A stretch of DNA of 55,506 nt, the filler included, from Sphacelaria rigidula (taxonomy: Eukaryota), in NCBI GenBank assembly GCA_964200075.2. It is 6 parts of 6 records of this genome, joined end to end, with 100 filler letters (N's around TTAATTAATTAA, not from the genome) between each part and the next. Parts side by side here need not be neighbours in the genome. Positions count along the whole stretch, not along the records: positions 18,537 to 27,704 come from CAXNAA020009139.1; positions 27,805 to 36,972 come from CAXNAA020009140.1; positions 37,073 to 46,239 come from CAXNAA020009141.1; 3 more parts are not named here. One strand, written 5' to 3'. The notes below the pieces were generated by a model. It made no database searches and was not told where the DNA came from. It saw only the letters and a list, made by a program, of their open reading frames with translations. This document shows, in pieces, positions 23,863 to 37,463 of the stretch (position 1 is its first letter; the number at the start of each line of letters is the position of its first letter). The translations under genes and the position numbers were made by a program.

Positions 23863-25289
23863 GGACGATGAACGTGCCTGGAAGGAGCAGCCCAGAATCC
23901 AGCAACACACATATACAACGCAAGTGCATGCACCACGAAAGAAAGAAGACACCACATCATTCGGGTCGTTTACAGCGCCGCCCACGGACCGCGGTCAGAA
24001 GACTGCTGCTGGGGCTGCTGCTAATGCTGTACCCAAGGAGGAGACAACGGACGCAGTGAATGCTAAGTCACACGTCGGCTCCGAACACCTCCTGCCAAAG
24101 CCTCGCCAACCTCTCCGAGAAAAATACGAAAACTAGCATACTGTAGCACGCAGACAGCGTGTAGAGATGCCACGTGTGTATCGGTCGTTGCCACCGCCGT
24201 ACATCGCCTTTCTACCTCCAAACATACACGCACTGTCGCTGGGTCGCTGCCCCCCGCTCGCCACGAAAAACCCTTGAAATTGCTGTCATGGGTGGGCAGG
24301 AAGGAACTTGATGCTTCAAACGGGAATTGGGAACGGCAAATGGAAACGGAAAAACACAAAGAACGGAACACGAAACCGTGCGAAATGGTACCCCTCTAAG
24401 GCACCGAGGAGGTTGGAGCACCCGGGAGGTGAAAGAACCGAGCCCAGAGGTCGTGGTACCATTTCGAAAATGTAGCGCGAGTCGGTTTTCTTCGGATCGA
24501 AGCGCACTTTGTGTTCCGGCCTGGAGCTGGTTATTCCTCTGGCTCCAAAAGTCCGAATATACTGTTCCCGACGCTCGAGAACACCCGACGGCTGTCTTTT
24601 CGGTATATCATGTGGGTTTTCCCCTTTGTGGTCGCTGGAGAACTGTTGAGTTTGATGAACGTCTGAGAACGGTTTCCGAAGTAGCTTGTCGGTAAGCTGC
24701 GAGAGCCACATGAGCAAGGTTTGCTGGGAACCTTGCGGGCGGTCGGATGCTGAGCATATTTCACCGGTCCTGCGTCAGCGTAGGGCATACATATGCCATC
24801 TCGCTCAGTTCCGAGCACCATTCCCTCTTTGTTCTTCCGATGGAGACAACCCGTCCCCGTTTCTCAGGATCTCCCGTTCGTTCTAACATATATATATATA
24901 TAATATTCGCGCACGCCAGATGGTGACCATTCAACATGATTTAACATAGTCTCCTGGCAAATGGGGTTTACCATTGAAATAGGGACTCAACCCCCCTTGC
25001 GAAATTTCACTTCCTCGCCCGGATATGTTTACCAACGCGAGCAGCTGTGGATTTTTCCTTTTCTATTGAAGCTCCCCCTAGCTTGCCTTGTCGCGCATTC
25101 TTGTTCCGGTATCTAATCAAGCAGTATGAATGAGCGTTCTATATCTATAACAATCTCGTTCGAACAACCGCTGCTGCTTTCCATGACGACTTGAATTGGA
25201 ATTTCGTGCAAGAAGTAGCCGAAATACGCCCCCCCTCGTCGTAGGATGACTCGTCATGTGTCCACTGCGACTAATCTTGCGTACACCGA

Positions 25290-26180
25290 GTGCTCACAGC
25301 GAGAGGTTGTCGTGTTGCAGTGCTCGAGTGCTCCAAGTTCTCCAGTGGCGTCCGCGTAGCACACCCGTCTGGCATGGCCTTGACCACCTCGGCCTTGGGC
25401 AACCGGAGTTTCAGCAATAGTTGCGCATCGGGTCGAGCGCAGAGCTGGGAACTACACCTTCGGGGGCGTACCCACGCAGCGCCGATGCGGTGCTTGGATT
25501 CGACGGAATCATTCACGTCTTCGCTGATATCAACAATGAGACAGGCATTCTCGGCCGTCTTTTTGTTCAGTTCTCTTGTCTCCTCCGTGTGCAGCGTGGC
25601 CTCTGGTTTCTGGCCACAGGCGCGTTGTCCCTGTGCCGCTTTCCGATACCGTTGGCCCGACGTCCTGGCAGATCGTCACCATCGCAGCCACCGCCCCAGC
25701 GAGTGCTTCATCCGCGCACAGCTTTGCCCACGTTCGCGCCCTCCCCACTGGCGTCTCTTCTTGGGGGTAACACCCATACTCTTCGGCGCGATGTCTAGAT
25801 ATATACCAAGTCTTTGCCGACGGCCGGGTCTGCCGCGAAACGCTGCGAGACCGCATCCATCCCTGCGGCGAAGAAGACGCTGAACAGTAGCGAGGACAAA
25901 ACGCACCCCTGCCGGAGCCCCTGCAAGGGACGGGAACGCTGTGATAGTTCATCAACATCCAGCTGCAGCCGAGCTCGCATGCCACCGTGGAACACACGGC
26001 TGCCCCATCATCCGTGCCGTTTACACTCCTGCAGTCAGTCAGCGTACGGCGAGCATGATGTCGGTGGTCGATTGTTGGCGCTGAAATCCGCAACGCTCCT
26101 CCGGAAGAACCCCTGCCTCCTTCGCAGCAGCGGCCGGGCCTGTAGGCTACGACGTGGAGCAGAACAACAGCAGCATGAAC
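25290..26180 (-). mobile_element. Degenerate LINE (RTE-like) RT and C-terminal region
   Basis: GMRARLQLD...QGLRQGCVLSSLLFSVFFAA and HRIGAAW...LLLKLRLPKAEVVKAMPDGCAT are non-LTR RT and post-RT motifs, broken by many frameshifts. Confidence 0.9.
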
Positions 26181-26369
26181 CACGAAGGCGATCGGGACTA
26201 CAACCAGAAGGAGCGGGTACGTCAGTGAGCGCAGATACAAGTATGCATTCATCGTCGAACTCCAACAACCCACCCAACATCGCAACCCTGAGGTTACTCC
26301 CTTTATCAAAATGCGCTGTCATCACCGATAATAACCTGTGCGCCGTTCGACTCGTACTCGCAGACCGTT

Positions 26370-27230
26370 AGTACGCCTGCAACCCCCCGATACTGCGTAT
26401 ACGACACTCCTGACCTTCACTCCTCAAGTAGTCGTCCCGAATCCGCCCGCAGAGCCAACGCCGATTGAAGTACCGCTACAGGTGCCGACACCGATTGTTC
26501 CGCCGACAACCGGTGAGATGATAGAAGTGGGTGAAGTACTCCTAGCCGGGGGAGAGATGCCGACAAGGTTAGCGGATCCAGACCTGACGGACAGGCACAA
26601 CGGCGATCGATCGTGCACCACGGATACTCACCAACGTGAGCAATCTCCGGCACCACCAACAAGGGGATTCCTTTCTCAAACAGGTGCAGTCAGATCTTGC
26701 AGGCAGCAAAACACCAGAGATGGTGAGTGAGAGACGGTCAGACTACAAAGTAGACGAGCAAGGTATACTGTGGTACCGAGCAGCCGACGATAAGGAGCTG
26801 CTAGCTGTGCCGAACATGATGGTAGCTGGCCTATTGGCAATCGTGCATGCACTCCATGGACATGTCGGAGCAGGCGCCACCCTTGCTCTGATGCACAATC
26901 GTTTCCATTGGCTTACTATGGCACGTGACACCAGACAGTACGTGCTATCGTGCAGCTGTAGACGACGCAAGAAGGCAAGCAGCCGTCAAATGGCGATGAA
27001 AACCGGGGCGCATTCTACACCCATGGGGCCGAGTTGGGAACGACTTACTTACCATTGATGTGATGTCGCTCTCGCGCAACAAGTACATTCTGCTGGTACT
27101 TGACCGCGCCTCCCGATTCCCGTTCAGGTTTCCTCTGCAATCAAAGGAAGCGGACGAGATCGCACGCATCCTAGCAGAGTTATGCCTAACGTTTGGTGTC
27201 CCACAAATGGTCCTCTACGACGGGGGCTTG
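26370..27230 (+). mobile_element. Degenerate Ty3/Gypsy integrase fragment (HHCC zinc domain and start of the rve core)
   Basis: VHALHGHVG...RFHWLTMARDTRQYVLSCSCRRRK, then frameshifted NKYILLVLDRASRFPF...FGVPQMVLYDGG. It is on the opposite strand to the 18.5-23 kb element, so it is a separate copy. Confidence 0.9.
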
Positions 27231-27704
27231 GGTCTCCTCGAGGCCAGACCACTACATCATCGCATGAACCCTTGTGGAACGTAGGTGGCACTACCGTACC
27301 ACCTCGTTCACTTCTTCTCCTTGCCTACCATCTGTCACGGCCGCATCCTTGCTCAAATGACAAGAAAGAGAACTACGCCTCGCTCTGGAGATCCTTCGGC
27401 AGCAGGGTACGACAACGTTCTTCTCCGGGACCCGTAACACTACTGCCTCACCCCCACCAAAGCTTAGTTCACAAATATATACATTGGGCAATGGCCTAGA
27501 AAAAGTATACCTTCTCGTTTTTTGCCTGAAAAAGGTACAAAAAATGGCTAGAAACGCGAAAACAGCCAAACACGCCATTTTGACCGCTTCCGCTCCAAAT
27601 TTTTCACGGACACCATTCGGGGGAAGGGTGGGGGGGGGGCGTGCGCCCCTCGCGCCTCCACTAAAAGGCGGACCGGGAGACCGGGACGTACGCGACGGAC
27701 CGAG

Positions 27705-27804
27705 NNNNNNNNNNNNNNNNNNNNNNNNNNNNNNNNNNNNNNNNNNNNTTAATTAATTAANNNNNNNNNNNNNNNNNNNNNNNNNNNNNNNNNNNNNNNN
27801 NNNN
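27705..27804. other. Artificial contig-join spacer
   Basis: 44 N + TTAATTAATTAA + 44 N. Confidence 0.99.
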
Positions 27805-28021
27805 CTTGTCTTGATACACCTGGTATGCTTGTACGTACGGCTGTCCCTCGAGAGGCCGCAAGATGGAACGCTGCGATTCTTAGTTCTTCAGTTCTTTGGT
27901 TGGCGGTATTTGGGGCCTTGAGTCTCGCCCGTAGTCGGACCCTGTGTTCATTCCTACTTGTCGCGCGTCGAGTTGAAAACCGAGTGCCACCCTCTGAAGT
28001 CCGAATGGCCACCTGCGGCAC
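27805..28021 (-). mobile_element. 5' start of a LINE ORF (basic leader preceding the APE endonuclease), truncated by the contig end
   Basis: PQVAIRTSEGGTRFSTRRATSRNEHRVRLRARLKAPN...EELRIAAF resembles the leader and first APE strand (LxxATxNV) of algal RTE-like LINEs; recognised from memory, not searched. Confidence 0.6.
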
Positions 28022-28674
28022 CGGATCTTCAGAAGTTAGCCATATGTACTCCCTTTCTTCTTCATCATTTATTCCTCTTTAGCTTGTATCGCGTTTTGTG
28101 AGTTTTAATCTGGGTCTAATTTGTTTTTCTTGTTTTTTTTTTGCTAGCCTGTGATCACGGAAGGCGTCCGCATCAGATACCCAGTACGAATGTACCGTGC
28201 AGATATAGGAACGGTTTTTAATGTGAAGACAACAACAACAATTACAACAACAACCGCCGCTGAATGAAGGAAAGAACGGAAAAAAACATGAACCGCATAA
28301 CATATATAATCTTAAACGATAGAACGGAAGAAAAAAAAAATCTGTTGGGATCCGAACTCATGACCCCGATAACCGAAGCCTCCTGTATCACTTGGACTAA
28401 AGGGGCGCGGCCGTGCCACACGAAAAGTGCGATGCGGCGCCCAATTTGAGGCATTTTTGGCCGAAAATTCACAAGGATGTCCTGGACGAGAGTGCCAACA
28501 ACGTTGTTCGGGGTGCAGCCGTATTTATCAATCTCTCGTGGCCTTATAGTAGTTTTCCTGTTTTGCTGAAACTTCAACTCGCTCTAACTTCCTGTTTGTA
28601 TTTTTTCCTCTGCACCCCGAAAAGATATTGCGCGGGTTGACGATAAAAATGGGGTTCAAAATTTCAGCGTCTAA

Positions 28675-28861
28675 GGCGGTGTCTTATCAGATTGTTTTCG
28701 TGTCGAAAACGTGCGGTCGAATCGAATCCCCTCGTTCCTGATTCGCCCACGTTTACTTTCTCAGATGGTTGAGAACATGGATGCCGTGGACGTGTAAGGG
28801 AAACGCAAATTCGATTCCACCGTACGTTTTCGAATCGAAGACAATTTGATAGGACACGGCC
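28675..28861. mobile_element. Hairpin MITE (~185 bp, ~55-bp arms)
   Basis: gtgtcttatcagattgttttcg..tcgaaaacgtgcggt.gaatcgaat pairs with attcgattccaccgtacgttttcga..cgaagacaatttgataggacac. Confidence 0.85.
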
Positions 28862-29418
28862 AAACTCTTCGAATTACCAATCTCATCGCCAGGATTCAGT
28901 CAAAAATCATCGTCAGCTGGCCCAGCTCGTGTTGGTGCTTTGAAACTTCGTATGGAGTACTGTCTGTACGGCAGGGACAAGATAAGAAGAACGCATGCTG
29001 CACATACAGATATTAAGTTTTCATGAGTCGCGGACGTTTCACAGTGGGAACGGATTGACACTGCATAAAATTGGACGGAAATGCCGTTGATTGATGAAAT
29101 AATACCTCAATCTCCAACATGGATTTTCTATTTTGCCCCTTCGATACCCCATACCAAAATATCAATTTCAAACCACGACTCTCAAAGCTGAGTTGAGAAA
29201 CCCATTGTCACATCTGGCGTCGTTTATAGGCTGGCCCAGGTCGACTGCATCGCATACTACTCTTACATTCTGGGTCAGAGGCAAACTCGGCAGACTGCAA
29301 CACGACCCTGAGTACGCACGCAACGCACGCGTACAAGCCCCAAACCAAAACCTGGGTTTGACAAACTAAACAAGTTCGTGCGAATTATCAAAAGAGTTAT
29401 CTCAACGTGGTGCGCGGC

Positions 29419-29451
29419 ATTATTATTATTATTATTAATAATAATATAATA

Positions 29452-29487
<36 letters not shown>
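29419..29487. repeat. (TAT)n/(AAT)n microsatellite in head-to-head orientation
   Basis: Directly visible. Confidence 0.95.
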
Positions 29488-29488
<1 letters not shown>

Positions 29489-29774
29489 TATCACTATTAT
29501 CATTTCCCGTACATGAGTCCGATCTCTCGAACCCGTGGTCACAGACGTGGGCTGGTCTTTCCGATACGGTCCCTGCTATTCCTTACAAGACATATGGAGT
29601 CCTCGTCATTTTTTCCTGAGACTCCAGCCTAATTACAAGAACAAACGCAATCAAATAAAATACCACCAAAATGAAAATAACAAGAGAGACGAGGGAAACA
29701 TGAGAAGTAGGTTTCCCGCGTTCAACGGAGTGAAAAACAAAACAAAACAAACAGATCTGCTACTCTTTTCAAGA

Positions 29775-30192
29775 GACGAGAATACAAATCTGGAAAAGTG
29801 CTTTTCTGGAGCTTCTACGTCGTCTCACGCTTCAACACTTTGGAATGACTCGCTCTACTCGTTGAGGTGGTTCCAGGACATGTTCCCATTCTCTGGTGGC
29901 CGCAGTTTTCATTTTGACCAAACAAGAATTGTGAAGTAATATTACAGTATGCAATAATTGCTTAATTAATTCAATAATAATACTTGACCGTTCTTGGACA
30001 AAAAATCTTGTTTGGCCAAAATAAAAACTGCCGCCACCGGAGAAGGGGAACATGTCCTGGAATGACCTCAACGAGTGAAGCAAGTCATTCCAAGGTGTCG
30101 AACTCTGCCTAGCTCTCGTTTGGGGCGTGAAACGAAAACGACGTACAGTAGAAGCTTCAAAGAAGTATTTTCCCAGATTTTTGTTTTCTCTG
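29775..30192. mobile_element. Foldback element, ~420-bp hairpin with an AT-rich loop
   Basis: 29775-29932 is an inverted copy of 29997-30192; opposite-strand ORFs share FQDMFPFSGG. Confidence 0.88.
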
Positions 30193-32133
30193 GTGAGCGG
30201 CCTAATAAGAAACGCACACCGACAGAAAAGGGAGATAACAGAAAAGACGGATGAACCAAGGGGATTAGCACTGCCACCGAGCGAGGGTCAACTCCGAAAC
30301 GAACCCCGGCACCCTTATCGACAACCACCACAGCTGTTCGGAAAGACCGCAGATATACCGGTGAGTGTACAACTCGACGGACTACTCGATTTTTTAGAGG
30401 TCCTCGGTAGGCACTGGGGGAGCTCTAGTGGCGGCACAGAGTATATTCGACAGTAACTTACTGTCAAATATACCGGGAACCTCGAGATTGAGATATCTCT
30501 CATGAATAAATAGGGGGGGAGTTTGAGATACCTCAAATGACTAAAGGGGGGGGTGAGGGGGACGTCGAGTATGTGAATGTAACACGGCAAATTTCTCACA
30601 CTACATGATACAGAGCGATGAGTAGCGCATACTGCGATGTCAAGCAACAAGCATCTCTGGGAGATGCGTCTTCAGCTTGTTGACACTTTTGCCATCTGAG
30701 AAGTTGAACTGCGGTTGTCAAGGCACAACTCCTCACACGCCCCTGCGGACACAAATACGAGTACAGAATGACGGCGTACGGTACCAAAGCTTCCCTAGTT
30801 TACAGTTGAGCATCGTTTGTATGCGTCAGAACCGGAAAGCAAACCCAACGCCAACCCAGAGAATAACGAGAATCCTCGTGAGGGTGGTGTGTGCTGTATG
30901 GTACTAATACCGTAGGCGAAGTTTGTGGATCGGCACAGCCACTCATCAACTCTGAGGGGTGAAACCAAGTCCGGTATTTTCCACAACTACTCGAGTCATA
31001 ATAATCTGAAAAAATTATTACGCCGTATGATGCGAAGCAGGTTCACGTGCGAGTGCTCGACATTGAAAAATGCACGAGGTTTAAACATGTTGATACTCCG
31101 CAACTCCCTTCCCGTTGGACAGCAGCAGTTTCACCACGATCTCACAGCGAAATTTCAACCCCTTTGAAATTTCGATTCGAAGACATCCCTACGGACACAG
31201 GACCACCCACCAAGTGCATTGCCTACGAATCAGAATTTTAATGGGGCTGATTGTCCTGTGTGCTCCTCGCGTGCGCAGAACGCGTTTTCGTTGCACCGAT
31301 TTGGGGTCTACCAAGGCCGCACTTTGCCTAGGGAACGTATGTACAACCCAGGCCCCGAGGGTTCTCGATATGCGTTGGAGTGGGGGTAAGGGTTTGGGTT
31401 GGGGTTAGGGTTCAGTTGGCGATACTCGTAAAAATGTGTCAACCATGAACATTTGTAGCCCAACGATGGTAAACGAGCCTCGAACCTGAAATACAAACGG
31501 CATGTGAGAGAAGCGGCGAGACTATCGTACGAGTACGGCACAGGGGACGAGAACGGCAGCAGATTAGAATTTACGGGTTCTAGATGAAAGGGCGCTTACG
31601 GTCAGGGAGCGAGCCCTACACTGCTTCACTGCCACAAAATGACTCTCGGACAGGAGAAGTCTTTATATTCGCCTTGGTCCGTCCCTATTTCACTGGCCTG
31701 GGAAAAAAACAGCGAAGAAGGGCAAATCAAGTGTCCAACAGGAGCAAATTGATTGGTCACCCCGCCGCGCGATGTTGCGGCGATCGATTATCATGCTCTG
31801 CTCTTGTGCGCTTGATTTGCCCTCCCTGTTTTCGAAGTTTTCTTTCAGGTGGTTGACAATCCGTTTGAACTCAAGTGTAGGGGAATACCATGAATTCCAC
31901 CTGATAAAATCAGTTAATGACCCTGATGGTATTCCGTCGCGGTACAGGGATTAGTAATCCAGTCGGCATTCATTATAATTTAGGTGTGTGGGCCGTGCGA
32001 TTTCCCAAGGACGACGGGATACAGGAACAGTGACAAGGTGGGACTCGAGACTCGAGCTACATTTATCCATAGTTGTACAATTATCACTAACCCCGGCCCT
32101 AAACTTGTACAGTAACAAAAACACAAGGCATAC

Positions 32134-34625
32134 CGGGCAGCCTCGACCAAGGGAGGTTGTTGTATAGGGTTCTCCAGGCGAAGTGTGGTGTTGGCAGGCC
32201 TCAGGCGCCGATTTGTTTGAACATCGTGTTTCAGCGCGTTCTGCGCACGCGAAGAGCACACGGGACTGTAAAGCCTCACGAAAGATCCTATTCTCGTTGT
32301 TCAGACCCAAAATCAAGTAAATCGTCTTTGTTTGCCAAACACAAAAAATCAGGCGTCAACCATCAAGTTCACGGGACCCTTGGACATATGTCACCTGTTG
32401 AATCAGCATCACTTTTAGAGAAATAACAAGTGCATTGCCATATGGCCTACCCTCGCAGTCAACGGGATAAGGTACGATGAACCCCTGTCCATTTCTGGAA
32501 CAAGTACCCAACCCCCCCGCCCACCTGTTGAGTGTCTGTGTCTGATTTTGGCACACTGCTGTTTCTCATACGGTAGTAAGGTACTATAATGCACTGTCTG
32601 GACTGTACCCCTTTGGTCTCTTCCCCTCTGACTCCTATATATTACAATATCGGCCGGTGAGGTATGCAGAGCAAACGTCGTCTCCGATACCGCGGGTAAT
32701 TGTGAACAAAAACAAGAGAGTCAGCCCTTGGCTACTAGCGGAGCCAACTCTTGCTCGTGTTGCTTACTCGTGCTCAATACGCTCGAGGTGGCAACATGGA
32801 TTCTTGGTTCGTGATGGAGGAGCAGCTACATACGGTTGGGTGGCGCCACAAGTGATGTTCACTTGGCGAAAAATCATCAACCATGAAACAGCGAAACGCA
32901 AACATGAACATAGAAACGACCAACAGTCAGTGCGATACCATCCTCCTTCATGTAAGCTGTCTAGGCAGGGTTCAGTCCGCACTGCATTCCACTGCAGGTT
33001 GTAACAGTATTTTCCGCGCCGTCAACTATACTTGACGCGCATGATACTACTGAATAAGGGGCAGCGGCATCCACCACTGCATGTTGCTGTTTTACCGATC
33101 GTATGAAGAGAATGAAACCTTTTGGTGCCAACTCGCCATCGATTGAAACGTCCCTACATGCGTTGGGTGGGAAGAATGGATCTTCTGAGGAAAGGCTGGA
33201 GACACGCGTCATATCCAAGACGACGAATGGACGTCCGAAAGGTCGACTGTACACAGGTTTTCCATCCCTGTGAAAGCCAACGAAGAATCGCAGTAGCTGT
33301 GGCAAGCAGTCGGTGATCAACGGTACCACACTCTGTGCCCCCAGATTAGACGTTTCGAAATTTCGTCAACACGAAAGGGGAAGACCAAAACCCAAAGCAC
33401 TTTCGCTTGTCCAACTGTTTCACCACAATTCAAGAAGCCCGGCAGCAGGGAGGGTTTTTTTAACAGATCACCAGGCGCCAAGAAATGTACAGCTTGTGAC
33501 ACGGCAGTGAAGGTGAAACAATCGGTTCCCTTCCCCCCTGTGCCTCCAACTCTGAGATCTTCATAAACTCATGAATTGAAACGAGAAGGATTGTGAGGGA
33601 TGGGAGGGTGAAATGAACAAAGTCGTCAAGTAACATGGGAAGAGGTGCAGAAAAAAATAGGCGGAGTAAGTGCCCAAACATCTGGGCAGTAGATAAAAGG
33701 TATATTATTGACCGGAAAAATACCGGGATGCAGTCGAGTTTGAGATATGAAAGTACCTCTGTAGAGCACCATCACTGAGAGATTGAAATCACAAAAATCA
33801 CAGCGCCATCGTGGGAGATCGCGTGTGTTCTTGAGTGAATTATCTTCATCTTTGATGAGAGTGAAAGAATCTCAACTCACTTGTTGTACGAATGTAACCC
33901 GAGCACTTGATGAGCACTGCTTGTGCTTACCTAGCTCTCACAAATTACAATCACACGACACACACAAACAGAAACAGCCGCCGCCCACCCACCTGACCAG
34001 TACTTTCACTCCCCGAAGACGATAATTTGCCAGGTTGCTCCGCCATCTCGTCAGCTGCGTGCTGCTGCAATTCCACCCCCGATACTTGCGACAATTCGCT
34101 CTCCCTTCTGTTGACCATCATTAGCCCATCCCAGAGAGGACGCATATGCCAGTGCATCGGGCTGGGCGGCCGTTGCCACCACTCTGTCGCGTGCACGGGA
34201 GATCGGGGGGGGCATATCGAAATCGCTCCAGCTGCTCTCTTACGTATCTTTGGCTTAGTCCATAGGTGATTCCCCGGGGGGTAGCTTCGAGACTTGGCCT
34301 CGAGGGTCGAGCAGTCGGCTGTTGCTTGCGCCATTCTCACTGCGGCACTATTTCTACGTTTCGAAAGTCTCGGTGCTCCTGTCCAGATGAAAGCACCATC
34401 ATGATTACATGGATCACGCAGCGTTGATGTCCGGTCGTTGTCGACTGCGTCTCGTTGCTCCTCCCAGTAGCGTGCTTCTACCCCCATGTTACTATTATCG
34501 TTTGGCCAAATGTGCGGGGTGTTGTGGCCGTAGCGGTTTTTGTCCATGCTGGTTGTTCTGGTGGCAGGACTGCTGTTGGTTATGATACCAGGTTGGTCAC
34601 CTGTATTCAGAGCTGGGGAAGACAT
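32134..34625 (-). CDS. Probable multi-exon host gene, hypothetical protein (3' end unresolved)
   Basis: Phase-consistent GT-AG exon chain: 34625-33998, 33849-33757, 33558-33401, 33296-33119, 32861-32768, 32555-32525, 32325-32134. First exon is ~209 codons. No domain recognised. Confidence 0.5.
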
Positions 34626-34939
34626 CAATCAAATACTAGTTCAACGATCACTCACTAACGATCCTTGCGACACCAGGGCAGAATGCATATGCACAGCTCA
34701 GACACACACATAAACACAGATCTCCTGACTCCCCCTGGGAACCAACTCGAACCGTAGCCCTCCACGAGGCAAAATCTCCATGCCAAGGCACCGTGTCGCA
34801 ACACACTCGTTCGGGAGGGAGAGTGAGAGGGCAGTGGAGGATTGTCGGTATTTCAAAGCCAACAATGATGTTGCTGATGATCACAAGTCTGCTTGTCAAC
34901 CATTCTATATTACCGGTCATCGCTGATTGCTAAGGTGGC

Positions 34940-35051
34940 GGGGGGGGGGGGGGGGGGGGGGGTAAAAAAAAAAGGGGGGGGGGGGGGGGGGGGAATGTTT
35001 TGTGTTTCCCGGGGGGTGTGTTTTCCGGGNNNNNNCACCGGGAGGGGGGGG

Positions 35052-35093
<42 letters not shown>

Positions 35094-35094
35094 C
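34940..35094. repeat. Poly-G tracts around a 6-N internal gap (35030-35035)
   Basis: Directly visible; probably low-quality assembly. Confidence 0.9.
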
Positions 35095-36691
35095 GTATAT
35101 AAATATAGCAGGGGTGAGGTGGCTGGCAATATTGTGTGTTCTCCGGAGATGGTCATTCTCAGGCGGTGTATTTTGATGCGGGCTGTGTGCAGCGTTGGAG
35201 AAACCGGGAGACGAGGTGCGTTAACGGAGCTACTGTTAGTGTATCGACGCTAAACGAATATGCTACACCGTAATGTACCCGAACTGCACTGTGCCTGAAC
35301 TACATGGTGCCATACTTCGTACTTGTCTGCACTGTGACGCTTTTGACAGTTCGTGGAATTGGATTGACTTGGCTATTTCCCTTGTGGTACGATGGCATGA
35401 CCTCTCTGTACAACAGTGATGGTATAGCATACCAGTATCGTACGGTGTGTGCAGAACAGCATAGCACAGCAAAAGATATCTGTCTTGAGGGCAAGAGCAA
35501 GCGGGGACCTTGTTTGACATTTCCCCTCGGTGCTGTGGACAACTGTACAACACACACCGTACTTTAGTGCACGGATCGAGTGACAGAGCTGACAAAGAGC
35601 ACATCATAAATATGTAGTACTACTGCACTTTTCTCCAGGAATGTGTAGAAACAAAGGTGTACCAGTCACGAGCAAGAATTCGAAGCATACGATTTTAGCC
35701 AGGACAGACAGTTGTGCGTTCAATAGGGACAAATCGGTTATTACGGAGAACCAATATTTTTGTTCAAACTTCCACGAGTATGAGTTCCAAGTCAAATATA
35801 CCTTCATCGAATATGATTGTGTTGGGCTCGCACGGGTTTACCTCGATTTGCCGCCGTTTCTAGTGGGAGCACGAGTTTCTGCGGAAGCATATAGCATGTG
35901 ACCCGCATAATGTGGCAACTGAAGATGTACCGGGACAGAATTCACTGACTTGATTTAGCGGGCTTGATTTGGCGGGCGAAGCCCGTGTCACAAGCCAGAC
36001 AGACCTCCAACACACAGATGAGGGTAACCCTGAGTGAATTTAAAGAAGCGCGAATTCTACTGTGGCGGAGCGTTCCAACTGGGCACTCGCGCAAAACTGA
36101 GGACTTGTCCAAAATCAGGCGAAGGACTGAAACATGGAACATGTCCTGTTTCACTACTGTTGTACCGCAGCATAAACAATCCAGCCCTCTCATGTGTTGC
36201 AGCTTTCACTGCCTGCACTGTTGTGGTGTGTTCACGCATTTCGAAGATGGTTTGGATTGCATGAGCTACGACATTGCCGTTGTGTTCGTCCCTCCAGAAA
36301 ATAGTAGGTGGATTAATTCGGGAACATGCAGTCCAGATTGAAAGTGAATCATGGGTACCGGATATCGTGTTCGGCATCGGATTATCGGATTATTGGATTG
36401 TGTCATCACTGGGTGTATGAACAATGTTGGTCGGCACGCAGTGCTGGCTGCACGTTGTTGAAAACTTGACGGTGTGTTGGCCGTTTCGTCTTCCGTTACA
36501 CGAACGAGGCGTTGTCCGTTGCTGGGATACTCGAGCTGGTGCTGTGCGTTGAGGGGCTTGTGCTGTACTGTACCACTGTATTGTGTTCAGTCTGCTATAC
36601 TGTCTGTATTCTATCACTACTGTTTGCTTGGAATATGTTACGAGATTAGACCGCACGAACACTGGGTTTGAGACTACTCCCTGGTGATTCT

Positions 36692-36831
36692 CAAGTGAAA
36701 TGGAGCGATCTGATTGGTAGTTCCCGAGTAAATATGTCCCGCTCCAAATGCAATCTGCCCACAAGTGAAATGGAGAGATCTGATTGGTGATTCCCGTGTA
36801 AATCTGTCCCGCTCCAAATGCAATCTGCCCA
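36692..36831 (+). repeat. 70-bp tandem duplication
   Basis: caagtgaaatggag.gatctgattggt...gtcccgctccaaatgcaatctgccca occurs twice. Confidence 0.95.
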
Positions 36832-36972
36832 TATTTTCGTTGGATTAGACCCACTTTTATGGCAACGAATCTCGATTTGTACAAATATGAGGATTTCAGC
36901 CTGTCTCTGGCGATTTTCTCCCGTGGATTGATTTTCCAGACCCCAGTCCGTTGGACAACGTTTTTCGGCTAG

Positions 36973-37072
36973 NNNNNNNNNNNNNNNNNNNNNNNNNNNN
37001 NNNNNNNNNNNNNNNNTTAATTAATTAANNNNNNNNNNNNNNNNNNNNNNNNNNNNNNNNNNNNNNNNNNNN
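36973..37072. other. Artificial contig-join spacer
   Basis: 44 N + TTAATTAATTAA + 44 N. Confidence 0.99.
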
Positions 37073-37463
37073 CTCACGACCACCCCCCCGAGGACCAGCC
37101 GCCCTTCAACCCCCCCCTCTTGGGGGTCCCGGCGGAGGGGGGGGGGGGGGGGGAGATGTACTGATATGATAATCTTGCATGCCGTAGTCATATACAAATG
37201 ACTACTAACCCCCCATCCCTATAAAGCCCGGACGGAGCACGCCGGGTTACGCTCGAATTTCGGTTTCGCCGAAATTGGTCGAAATTTATCGATGTCGAAC
37301 GCTGAAAAGTTCGATATCGTATCGAAGTGGTGAATGGTTCGACGTTCACACTACCGGAAAATGCCGCCAGTTTCTCTCGCATATTCGTCCCGGACGTACA
37401 ACGACCGAGGTGAAGCTTCAACTAATTCGAATGTTTCCACCAAACACATGTTCCCCTATCAAG

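Noticed and set aside
18537..27230. Integrase at 26.4-27.2 kb as part of the 18.5-23 kb Gypsy element
   Set aside because: It is on the opposite strand, lies upstream of gag, and is separated by a LINE remnant.
31381..31412. Telomere (ggggtaagggtttgggttggggttagggtt)
   Set aside because: Only ~5 degenerate units at an internal position; at most an interstitial or TE-associated motif.
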